From Balanoglossus misakiensis (Eukaryota; Animalia; Hemichordata), in contig CM082587.2 of NCBI GenBank assembly GCA_040954595.2, positions 9,553,403 through 9,617,402 of the forward strand: a stretch of 64,000 nt of DNA, written 5' to 3'. Below the pieces are notes generated by a model that was not told the origin of the DNA, did not search any database, and was given only the letters and a program-made list of their open reading frames with translations. The translations under genes were made by a program, and so were the position numbers. Position 1 is the stretch's first letter, and every line of letters begins with the position of its first letter. Of the stretch, positions 24,584 through 36,162 are shown one piece after another.

Positions 24584-25154
24584 TCCGACGGACCGAGACA
24601 CAGAAATCTGGAAACAATCGATACGAGGAACTCCCTTCGACCGCGACCTTCTACCATGTCTACATGCAATCGACACGAGGAACTCCCTTTGACCTTCTAC
24701 ATGACCTGACCCAATTCCATGTTCCGGTTCCTGTCGCACTTGCGCAGTACCATTTCATTGCATTGCGAATGCGCAGAAACGATGTCTTATTTTAGACTGA
24801 ACACGAACTGATTAAGGTGGCATTGCATGAAAACTAGTGATTTTTGCCAAATTTTACTTTTTTACATAAATCGGTAGGTCTAGTACTGACCCACATTCTG
24901 ACAAATGCGTCTTGGTGGAAATGGTACATAATCACCCAAAAATAGCACTTTTTTGAATGAGTCCGCAGCTGCACGCGTTCTTGTTTACCTACAGACGTAA
25001 TTTACGTTAAACGGTTTCACACCGAAGTCATGATTGACATGGATTATGCAAAATAGTTGCTAAAAGGCAGAGGTCAAATAAAGATCATTAACAATACATA
25101 TAGGTCTCAGCTGCATATCTTCATTACAAACATTACAAAGATCACAGTGCAAAG

Positions 25155-28100
25155 ATGGACATCCAAGTGCGTTCCCGTCGCAGAAAACGTAGGCGAGGAT
25201 TAAAAAAACAGAATTTCAAAAGATGGATCGCGAGCGACCTTGAACGTGTCCAAGCGCTAGCCAGCAAGCAAACTGGTTCTGACACAGAGTCCGACGCATT
25301 GGATATGGATGGCAGTTACGATTCGGACGACCACTTCGAAGGAGGGGATTTGCCTTCGCAGCCGGGTACGAGCGCTTCTTTTCAAAAAGTGGCACTGGAT
25401 GGATTTGCTGCGGCAGACACCACTGAAGACCAACTTGAAGAAACTTTACGTATAATAGATTTATCTATGCTGAACCACGTACTTGAGAAAGTTGCCCTGT
25501 GTAAACTTTGTACAAAAGGGACAGTCAAGATCGTTGAGACGTACTTTATTGCAGGGCTGGGAAGTAATTTCCGAGCGTCCTGTAACAATCCCGCCTGCCC
25601 AAGATCTATCGCTTCAATTGATCGAGAATTCTATTCATCCAAGAAGACGGGCAAAGTTTTCGATATCAACAGGAAAAAGTCCTTGCTATGCGTGCCGTCG
25701 GAAGTGGACGAAGGGGGTGCGTGAAATTATCAGCGTACCTGGGACTTCCGGCCCCTGTCTGGCACCACCCGTATCAGAAGCACGTCGCTGGCATGGCGGA
25801 TACCACTGAGCAGAAAATTGACCAAGAATTGGTGAAAGCTGCCCAAGAATTGAGAGAGCTCAAATTTGAAATTGGGGAGATTTCTTCGGTCGATGAAACC
25901 GCGAATGTAGCAGTTTCGGTCGACGGGTCTTGGAACACAAGAGGCTTTTCATCGATGTACGGCTTTGTTAGCTGCATTTCAATGGATACAGGTAAATTTC
26001 AAATTCTGTCATAAAATTTACTTGTAATCATTGTTATCTTTTCATCAGTGTTTATATATGTATATATTCAACGATATCACTCAGAAAACACGCCGATTAT
26101 CAATTTGGCTCCGCGTCTATAGCAGTGATCAACCACAAGGTAAATACATGTGAGCCAGCGATTGCAGGAAAGGACTAAAATAATGTAATGTGTATGCTGT
26201 CATAACTACCAGGAAATATTTTGTGTGTGTTTCAGGAGAATATTATCTTCAAAAGCACTGACTACATGTACATGTATATTGTTACAGGCTTCAAAGCTGT
26301 TTTTTGTTCGCCTGTATTAATGCAAAAGCCGAGCGTACAAAACCTATGCCGAGCTATTGTCCAATGTGTGAAAAAGGTCGTTAGGCTGGTCGTTGACATC
26401 ACCCAGCTGCTAACTTATCACCAGAGCAAATTCTGATGATTTTTGAACTACGAATTTAGGAAAGATTCGTCTTCCCCTTTCTTTATAAAGACAGTCACTG
26501 GCAATGAATGTGGAATGTGCAAAAGATTTATCAAATCTAGGAAGAGCCCAACTTCACGCATTTATAATTGTGGTTGTCGGTCTGAGACACCTTGAAGAAA
26601 ATCACGCAACGTCTTGCAAGATTGTCACAAAAGTCGAGTCAGTATTGATAAAGCGGCTTCTCTGACCTCAAGCTGATTTGCGATGACATGTTTTACTGTC
26701 ATTCTCTTTCAGGCAAGGTCTTGGACAGGCATATTTTGTCTGCAAGGTGCAGCCAATGTCAAAAATGGGAGCAGAAACCAAAGGACCATGTGTACATGGA
26801 ATGGTTTATCGAGCATGAACCCAATTGCGAGATAAACCATGACGGATCTGCCAAAAGCATGGAAGACGCTGGGGTTCGGATACTGTTCGAAAGGTCAATA
26901 GAAAAGCACAACTTTCGGTAAGAAAATATACATTATTACTTGTAAAAGTATCGACGATTTTTCATGATAAACTCTACCCTTATATTTGGCTCTGCAACTT
27001 TGGTAACAATCCATTTCTTTCGAAGACGGTTTACAGTTTCAGCAAGACAACTCTTCGGTGTTATTACAAATTTCACTTGTTATTGTCATTGTTTTTTTTT
27101 ACATAAATGTACAAAGTGAAAAGATAATCACATCTTTCCCCTTTATTTGTATACACAGGTACACCAAGTACATTGGAGATGGGGATAGTTCAGCGTACAC
27201 AAGTGTGAGAGACGTTTATGAAGGTGACGGCATAATTGTCGAGAAAGAAGATTGTGTCGGCCACATACAGAAGAGAATGGGAACGCATTTAAGAAAACTT
27301 GTGGATAAGAGTAAAGGTAAAAAAAACTACACAGATTTTAAAATTTATAAATGACTGCATGGACTCTTCATATGTTAGTACAACGTCATTCAATACTTCA
27401 TTAGTCCTGTTACGAGTACATCTATAGGATGGCCATTAAATTGATCGAAAATGTGTTTCTTTTTTCTAACAGGTGGAAAACTTGAAGATGGTAAAGGGTT
27501 GACAGGCCGAAACCGGTTGACAAACCAAATGATTAATGCCTTCCAGGTTTTCTATGGGATTGCCATTCGGAACAACAAAGGTAAGGCGAAACTTAAAATA
27601 AATATTTGACATGTGCTGACATGACAAAGTGGTAGACAACACAGAAAAATACGTGCATTTTTCTATGTCTTCTTGAAAATCTCTTCAGTATATGCCTAGG
27701 CTGAAAAATTGAAACAAGAAATGTGTCATCCAACTATCGTGGTCTCAGGATCATTTATTGACATTACATAACTTCAATTTTGATTCAGGTAACATAGTCG
27801 AGATGGGCAGGCAGACTCGGGCAATTCTGGAGCATTATTCAAGTACAAGTGAGTTGCCCCGTCATGACAACTGCGCCAAGGTTGCCAAAAGCTGGTGCAA
27901 ATGGCAGCAGGATCGAGTAACTGGAACGACTACGTATAGACCACTGAAACATCCACTCGCTCCAGCCATCGTCAATGCCGTTCAACCAATCATCAACAAA
28001 TTGTCAGATGAGACTCTTCTGAAGGGAGCAGAAAACTGCTATACGCAGAATCAGAATGAAAGTCTGCATAGCACGATGTGGAACTGGCTTCCCAAAGAAC

Positions 28101-28477
28101 AGTACCATGGTTGGAGCGAGATTCGGCTGGGAGTCAACATGGCAGTCGCTCACTTCAATTCGGGAATGGCCAGTTTCAACACCGACTTGTATTTGTCCTG
28201 TAAGTTCAATGTGAGTATGTCCTCTAGAAAATCGTGGTTAGGCCTAGACCACGGAAGAGTTTACCATGCAGAATACAAGTCCGACGCGTCTGTTAAACTA
28301 CAAAGAAAACGGCTAAAGAGAAGGCGTCTGCAGAAGTTGGATAAATTCCAGTACGCGGAGGGCGAGAATTACCAAGCCAGTGCATTCGACAAGGCCACGG
28401 TTACATCTGGACCCAGGCGCTGCAAATCATGTTTACAGCCCATGAGAGGACACCCACGAGGACAGTGTAGAGAGTGA
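25155..28477 (+). pseudogene. Spliced DDE transposase (Kolobok / 'Mutator-like' GDGDS family) with a frameshift near 25675
   Basis: Exons 25155-25991, 26713-26917, 27159-27316, 27473-27580 and 27789-28477. Motifs VSVDGSWNTRGFSSMYG, NHDGSAKSME, YIGDGDSS, EDCVGHIQKR, TQNQNES, and a C-terminal CxxC..H..C knuckle. FDINRK continues into VLAMRAVG only after a 1-nt shift. Confidence 0.88.
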
Positions 28478-28791
28478 CACTGACAAACCGAGAAATCAGC
28501 AACATTTGTGTAATGCATCAATGTAGATTGTATTACCAAGTATATACTGGGAATTTTAATGTATGGATGCTGATTGTGATCATTTGTTTATGTTTGACGG
28601 GATTCATAGATGATGTTCTGTGCTGATAAATCAGAGACAGCAGAATATTTGTATTGTGATGTTCAAATATTTATTAAAATCCACTTACAGTGCAGTGCAG
28701 TAAATGCAGTAAAATGTCAGTACATGTAATAGAAAAAAAAAATTTAGGGTTTATTTCATATCAATGGAAATAATGTAAATTCGGGTATCTT

Positions 28792-29742
28792 CTAAAGCTT
28801 GGCAGAAATGGCGTCAACAAACTCTTCCATGGTAACGTCGTAGGCACCCTGCAATTAAGAAAATACAAATGAATTCAGACCTATTACCTCAATGTATAAC
28901 CGTCATTTACTGTTTTCTATTCAAATCAGTCATTGTATAGGAAAAATATATGTGGTGTCTTTTTGTCATTGTTATGTGAAACCGGTTAACACCACCCATT
29001 TATTTGTTGATTTATTTTGCAATCTTCTTTTATTTCATAAAGGTACTTTGCTATAAACTGAAGCTGAATTTACTTTGTAGAGGTTTCAAACTACTGTTCT
29101 TGTACAAAACCCTTGACAATTAAATTAGATAGGAAATTCAAAATAGAGTGTACCTTTATTAACACATCTTTCTTGTCCACATCTTACAGTGTAATAAATT
29201 TCCTTCGTTTGAGATTCATGACAGTTGACACCCGAATATAGTTTTCACATACCTGCAACAGTTCCCCTTTTATATTCCTTGGCAATAGCTTGCGTAAATA
29301 GACCAGCACCACTGGAGGATAGCTATATTGCGCACCAACGGGTCCAACTTCTTTGGCCTACAATAAGTACAAGGAAAATAAGTGAATGAAAACCACAGAC
29401 TGCAACCGAATGGCTTCGTACGTATGCACACACAAAACACCACGTATAGCGCCGCTACATACCACTTTACGACACATACACTTTTACACGTCCCTACACT
29501 TCCCGAATGTCGTAAATGTCGCGAAAATATACACGTATTTTGCGATGTTTCTCTCCCCTGTACCGGATCCGGTCAAATACGATCGATCGTGTTTAGCGAT
29601 TTTCATGGGATACTTACGTAGAGAGCGTGGGCCCAGTGGCAGTATAATATCCATCGAATCCGTTTCTGCCCTATGCCCCTTTTCCTTCTCTCCGCGACCA
29701 TTTTTTTCAATAGCGTCACAGAACATGTCGCCGAGATTTGAT
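28792..29742 (-). CDS. KolX-like accessory protein (3' exons; 5' exon(s) probably near 30105-30190)
   Basis: In-phase exons 29742-29618, 29357-29253 and 28848-28792 give ...KRIRWILYCHWAHALY|AKEVGPVGAQYSYPPVVLVYLRKLLPRNIKGELLQ|GAYDVTMEEFVDAISAKL*. This resembles the R...Y...W and P..V...IR...P motifs of KolX, and the gene is tail-to-tail with the transposase. Not in the ORF track. Confidence 0.6.
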
Positions 29743-31573
29743 CTGAAAAAGATTATGCATAGCTTGAATCATTGACTCTGCAGTGCACACTTGGCCTTGG
29801 CTTTTACCTATGTGATTTCACACAGAAATTTCTATATAATTCTATTTTAACGTTTCGCCGACCACTGTCGTAATGCTTTTTGCATTTGTTGCCATTGCAT
29901 CAAATGGCCATTTCAGTGTCGTGTGAGACAAAAGTAGCATCACGCCTGTTTTGACGTGAAGTGTTTCTACAGTCGTAGAAAGGCACAGGTAAACAGGATA
30001 ACACGTGTAATAAACCATGCTGACTGGTTTTGCGTGTAAGTAGGGTACACAATTCATTAATACGTATATTACTGTGTAAATGAGCGAGGGAAATGTATAC
30101 TTACCGGCAATTCTGGAAGGCTCGAACTACAGCAGTTCTTGCACGGAAAATCGGATCCATAACAAAACGTGTTATTTGCAAGATGCTCGGTGTAAGAAAT
30201 AAACAGACTACGGCAAAATTGAGGTAAAAGCGACGCTTTCCTTTCTAGATAAACAACATGACGTCATCATTGAAGCCGATGTCTTGTTACCCTTCGCAGA
30301 AAGAAGCCACCCATCACAAAAGTTGTTTATTGTATGTGTGAAACGGGAAACGATGCGCGTGCATCTGTCCAGTTGGCACGCTTTTCTTCAGACAACTGTA
30401 ATATAAATGTCCGAGTTTTGGTTTTTTTTTGGCGGGTGCTACACCCCATATAATTGTTGAAAACGTGTTGAAGTAGTTTATGTCGCTGTTTCCTATTTTT
30501 CTATGGACTTTGTGACTGCAGTGCACTGCTCGTTTTCCGTTTTATTGGCCTGGAAAATCACTGCGTTGCTACTGCACTGCACTAGCTATAAGCGGTCTTC
30601 GATTTGTTGTGGAGATAGAACCCGTTTCATCCAAATAGCACTACTCTGTTGTCTCGAATACTGTTATCGCTTTCAAAACAATGATTATTTATTCTTTCCT
30701 TGCCGATAAACAGTTTGTTTGATAAGAGTGTCCAAGCTTCGGACTAATCTCTTGCCGTTGCCTTGTAAACACAATCCCGATGTAATGACCCGCCCATGTT
30801 TGCAGAGGAAATAGATTATGTCACATAGCGGGAGTGCCTGGGCGCGTTTACCTCAGAATCGGCGAAGTTTTTCAGCTTAATTTCCGTCGTTAGATTGGAT
30901 TTCATGTCCGATGCACATTCAAGTTATTTAATTACCCCTTGTCGATATATTTGTGGGGTTTTGTTTTTTTTGACGTCGATACTTTCGAGGCAGGAGGAGA
31001 AATAAGTGTCAACAATGCAAATTGCCGTTTTTCTCGGTTTGCATTTTCGCTGCTTTTGGCAACTTCGGACTAAAATAGCTTCGCCCTGCGTAGGCCGAAT
31101 TTGCTCAAATTTTGAGAGGGAATTGTGTATGACCCATCCAACAAAATGGTAGTTTTGTTTGTCGATAGAGTGTCCCTGGCGGGAATAAACTCTGATTCAA
31201 TACAACTCACCGTGAATTTGATCAAATTTTCTGAAAATCTAACTTTCAAACACTGTTACTCCTCAATGGAAGCAGATAACGCAAAACAAAATTACCGTTG
31301 TTTGCACGTGTACTCTAGTTTCGAATGACATATTAAGATGCATAATGCATGGTCAACTTTTTTACCTATTTTAAATTTCATGACATAATATCAAAAATGT
31401 TTTTTTTTTCACCCAAAATCGCCACCATTTCCGGGGATCAATAATATTTGCAACTCAAACAAAAGTTCAAAATCTCAGCTTCCAGAATATATATGGTTTA
31501 TGGGGGTTTTAACTTTGTCTTTGATGAGAAATAGGCCTCTGAAAAAGTCTCGACGGTTTCATGCAATGCCACC

Positions 31574-31975
31574 TTAAAAACTAACAATCACCGCTCTATA
31601 GCTCTCTCATATCATCAAGGTTCTTAGATAGACATTTTCATGCATAGCCGTGGTTCTTAGCCAAAAATCGTGGTTCTTACCGAAAGATCGTGGTTCTTAC
31701 GTTTTACACCAAAGTCAAAACAAGTCAGTGTTTTAGCTGACAAAGTCTTATTTTTAGTCGATGCGATGATAATTTCTCATTAAAAATTTATAATTATCGT
31801 AATTTATCTCTCTGAAATCACCAAGGTTCTTAAATTGGCATTTTCATGCATAGCCGTGGTTCTTACCGAAAAATCGTGGTTCTTACGTTTTACACCCTAC
31901 AAAGTCAAAACAAGTCAGTGTTCTAGCTGACAAAGTCTTATTGTTAGTCGATGCGATGATAATTTCTCATTAAAC
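31574..31975. repeat. Right part of the interrupted ~200-bp repeat array
   Basis: TTAAAAACTAACAATCACCGCTCTATAGCTCTCTCATATC continues exactly where the unit broke at 13348, followed by about two more copies. Confidence 0.9.
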
Positions 31976-32370
31976 ATTTCAGTAAAATGCAATTTCAGTA
32001 AAATGGGTTGATGTTTTTAAGTGGACAACGTGTTTGTTTTACTTTATAAGTAAATAAATTTAACATGAAAAAAATTGACCACCACAAATTTGTTTAGGCA
32101 CACCAATAAAAAACAAGCAAAACAAAGAATATTCTAAAATGTAGCTTCAACCAAGTTTCATTGAAATTAACTTGTTAAAAAATCAATTTGTGACAAGCAA
32201 TGATATATATGATTATAAAATGAAATAGTAATTCTTAACGTTTGTCAGTTGGAACTTGTAACTTATACATGTAGTATAAAGCAACTAAACACATATCCCC
32301 AGTACTCAATTCTGGATGCCATATTATGTATCCAATGCAAAGAAGGAAATCAAACTATGCAGGCACCATG

Positions 32371-34340
32371 TCATACTCTACCAAAATGTCTAGTGGTAAA
32401 TGCATAATCATACAACCCGTGCATCCTGTCTACTGACAATAGGTCATGCTCAAGAGTGGGTCTCGGTAGCTTTAATAAATTGATGCAAGTATCTGACGTT
32501 GGAATAAAAGATATTTCATATGGAATAAATTCAATACTTGGCGCAGTTCCAAACCCTAACACTGGTTCTTGCTCTGTTCCCGTTGTAAAGACAAGTAGTC
32601 CTGTTTCATAATGACCTACATTACACGTCCTATACACATGTATTGCATGTTCTGATTGGTTTATCCGATTCTCTAAGGTCCACTTGCGGCACGCTGATTG
32701 GAGGGACCTTGTAGGTTAGGTCTTATTACTATGTATTATTCACTAGACCTTGTAGGTTAGGTCTTATTACTATGCATTATTCACTAGACCTTGTAGGTTA
32801 GGTCTTATTACTATGCATTATTCACTTTACAGCTCCCCGATTGGTTAATGTGTAGGCCTGGTCCTCCAGTGTTCACTGCCTCATTATACAGGACCTTATA
32901 GGTTAGGTCTTATTAATATGTATTTATTCACCATACAGCTCCCTGATTGGTTAATGTGTCAGTCTGGTCCCCCATGTGTTCACTGCCTCATTGTGAAATG
33001 TCCAAAGTGCTTCCTGGCTACCGTTGTGGTAACACATTATTCGGGATGTCCGCAGATCGTTCATTGCTTTTCTAAGAAATAGCCTGACTGATATTATCTC
33101 CAACATAAACCGCACCCTGGAAAGATTAAATGATCTTTTAGGTGGACTTTGAAAATCTGATTAACTCATCTAAGCATTTTAGCTAACAGTTGTATATTTT
33201 TTTAATCACCCTCCTACTTCTCATCATCAATTTTATTATTGTTGTTATTACTATTTTAAAGTAAATTTGTTTTGACGAAGATGTTGTGATAAGGAGTACG
33301 TTGTCCGTTTATACATTCGTATATTGTTTTCGTAAAATGGAACTGTGACGGTGCAGCTTCGTGAAAGAAGTACAATAAAAGTAATCATACCTGTAAAGCA
33401 ACTAATGAGGTATCCCAAAGAAATGCAATGCTATTTTAAACATTTCTATTTTTGGTTTGCTCGAATGAATAGCACACACTTCGTATTCAGCCAGGTGTTA
33501 CACGAAGTGATGCGCTGAAAGGCATTACGTAACAAAACACTAGCCCATTTCAACAAACCGCCACTGGAAATAAAAAAAAATTCTCCTGGCAATTTTTATT
33601 TCGAGTATCTAGTTCACAGTATCACAAAAAAATACCATGAATAGTGTGAAGGAAAAGGTGAAATCCAATCATTATAGGCCTATAAGTGCCTTTCTTTATA
33701 CACTGGGATCGAGCTTCGACCACGCGCAGGCAGCATGCCAGACAGAATACGACAACTGTATTCAGAAAGTACAAAAGACTTTGCATAACGAGGCAGTGAA
33801 AACTGGAGACCTACACATTAACCAATCAGGGAGCTAATAGTTGAATAAATACATATTAATAAGACCTAACCTACAAGGTCCTGCATAATGAGGCAGTGAA
33901 CACTGGAGGACCAGACCTACACATTAACCAATCAGGGAGCTGTAAAGTGAATAATACATAATAATGAGACCTAACACGTAAGGTCCCTCCAATCAGCGTG
34001 CCGCAAGTGGACCGAAGATTACCAGATGGACCAATCACACTTGTCGGTACATATGTCATGGACCTGACTTATGAAACAGGACTAGTACATCTTCTAGTGT
34101 GACTGATCCTCTTCTATTACCTTTTAGACAAATAGAAAGTCAGGTAGAAAAGTAAGCACGGCTGCCATGAGAAAAATATGCATTGATGTCATGAATCATG
34201 CTGTTTGACGAAACATTGCTATAAACCATGAAAGTTATATTTTAACCCATTGATATAGCCAATACATTACTTACTTGCAACTTCACGAAGATATTTGTTG
34301 AATACTGCATATACTTGGCCTTCGTATGTTCTATTCTTCG
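32371..34340 (-). pseudogene. G2E3-like HECT ubiquitin-ligase C-terminal remnant, interrupted by a foldback element
   Basis: Exon ending 34275 (..VYAVFNKYLREVA) splices to 34120 (SNRRGSVTLEDV), then continues after the insertion as LVFTTGTEQEPVLGF...PTSDTCINLLKLP...FGRV*. PTSDTC corresponds to the HECT catalytic-Cys motif. No 5' part recognisable. Confidence 0.8.
32597..34083. mobile_element. 1.49-kb non-autonomous foldback/MITE with long modular inverted arms
   Basis: Termini AGTCCTGTTTCATAA / TTATGAAACAGGACT. Internal inverted blocks (32678-32995 versus ~33785-34012) with 41-bp subrepeats. Probable 3-bp AGT duplication at 32594-32596 and 34084-34086. Confidence 0.82.
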
Positions 34341-34792
34341 ATATCAAAATGACGTCAGACGCGCTCAAGCGGCAGTTACGTTCGCATTCACATTTCCAGA
34401 TGACGGACAACTTCAGCAACGTGGACTTACGTCGTGCAGACAAAGACTGTGCAGATGAAATGCAATGAGGCTGATGAGGCACCATACCTGATACATGTTA
34501 TGTGTTTGGCGGCTCTAAAGTAAAATCATACTCGGAAAATCTTTTTCTGGATGCCGAAATATTGCTTGCCCGTCATCTGAAAATGACAACGCCGTGGGTC
34601 ACATGGCCAGATCACGTGATTGATAGTAAAGAATTATTACACCCATTCTCACTGAACGATGGTGTTAGCATTGCTTTTAGCCTTGGCAAAGTGAGTTTAG
34701 AGGATGTATTTTCACGAAGAAGATGCTGGAATTTAGGCAGCTCTATACATATCTGTATTAAGTAATATACAGAATATATGTGTGTAATATTT

Positions 34793-34937
34793 AGGGGTTA
34801 TTGCACAAATTTTGGTCGATAACGCGTCGTATTTGAGTGATGTCCGTATTTTGACGAGTTGCACTTCGCAACGAGTCAAAATACGGACATCACGAGAATG
34901 CGTCGCGTTATCGACCAAAATTAGTGTAATAACCCCT
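34793..34937. repeat. ~145-bp near-perfect palindromic MITE-like hairpin
   Basis: AGGGGTTATTGCAC..AATTTTGGTCGATAACGCG..GTGATGTCCGTATTTTGAC is mirrored by GTCAAAATACGGACATCAC..CGCGTTATCGACCAAAATT..GTGTAATAACCCCT. Confidence 0.85.
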
Positions 34938-36162
34938 TATCATACATGCCTACCTATAAAACAGTACGATTTGCGAAAATGCGCCGAGAAAAACGATTTC
35001 AAATTTGAACCCGGCGCTGGGATCACGGCAGTAGCCATGTTGTGACGTATGACGTCTGGGCCGTAGTATCATTTTAAGGGGGTTGGCAGCTTTCATTACG
35101 ATGGGCACATCCGCATTCTAAATAAAATTGTCTACGTTCTCTTTCAAAATATCATGTTAACAATTATTTTGCATTGAGAATTTCGAAGAACTAAAAATGA
35201 TATATTCAACATGACAAAACTTTCCAGCTTTGAAAACTTTATTACAGCTTCTAATAACCGAATTTTACAACACCCCTCTCCACTAGAGTCCTATGCCCCG
35301 TGTGTCGCGCGCGCGCAGCGAACTGTCGCGCCGAGACGCGGATGCGATATTTCACATTGTGAAATACCGTAAAATATCTTCGGGGCGAGAACAATAAAAA
35401 GTGTTAAATACAGTCGCTGCATGTATGATAAATGTGTATTAATACATTTCTAGACTTCTCTTGTAGACACACGAAAAACATGACAATGGAAGCAAACCAT
35501 AGTGTGATTATAACTCAATAATCTATAAACAGTTGTTTAAACTCACCTTATGTATCCCTAATTTGTTTAGCCCTTCCTTTAATTTCTCCAGACATGGATT
35601 TAATGACACTAAGCCTGTAGAGCTCTGATAAGACATAGGCACCTAGGAATTGAGGCAATACTCCATTCTGCAATATGCTCACAGCCATAAGAATTAATAA
35701 TTTAAGTTGCATTTTGAAGAGCTCCTGTGTGAGTTGCGAGAAGTTCAGTCTAACGAGTCATATAACATGACCCCATGTGTATGTCTTGATTGCCATTCAT
35801 GAACTAATTTAACATGCAATTTGTCCACACAATACTCATAGAAAATCATTGGTCATGCATATTCCATGTTTGAATGGGTTTTGGCATTGGCATGAATCAA
35901 CTTTGAATCAAAGAAAGTTTAGAAAGAACTCCCGTGTTCTGAGGGAATTAAAGGCATGAAATAAATATAGAAAATATTGGAAATTAATCAACAATTTAAG
36001 AATAGCTCTTCTGTTTGAGAATCGCAATAGTGAAAGCAATTTGATCCACAGTATTGAAATTTACAATACAAACAGAAAACCCTACATAACCCCTACATAC
36101 CCTACATGGGCATAATCCCAGAATACCAATAAGTATACCAGTTAACAGCTGAAAATTGGCTA

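Larger units (their letters stand above)
13349..24810 (+). mobile_element. 11.46-kb TIR DNA transposon (Academ-like core, RAG1-like N-terminus) carrying transposase, HIRAN-like and MADS-box genes
   Basis: Perfect 36-bp TIRs CAGTTCGTGTTCAGTCTAAAATAAGACATCGTTTCT at 13349-13384 and reverse complement at 24775-24810. Flanking direct repeat ATTAA at 13344-13348 and 24811-24815. Removing this element and its neighbour restores the host repeat unit. Confidence 0.93.
24816..31573 (+). mobile_element. 6.76-kb Kolobok-type DNA transposon
   Basis: 17-bp TIRs GGTGGCATTGCATGAAA (24816-24832) and TTTCATGCAATGCCACC (31557-31573). TTAA on both sides (24812-24815, 31574-31577), RR...YY termini, and a transposase plus a convergent second gene. 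Confidence 0.88.

Noticed and set aside
13349-24810. Bona fide ProtoRAG/RAG1L-RAG2L transposon
   Set aside because: Ends are CAGTTCG, not the CACAGTG-like heptamer. No nonamer, RING/NBD or kelch-repeat RAG2L is recognisable. Only the N-terminal zinc domain, the 5-bp TSD and the convergent layout are shared.
29484-29775. ORF-track peptides of 80-129 aa in the Kolobok 3' half
   Set aside because: A different minus-strand frame bounded by splice sites explains the region better (KolX-like exon).
35570-35990. Possible very degenerate retroelement coding remnant on the minus strand
   Set aside because: No motif could be read convincingly by eye.
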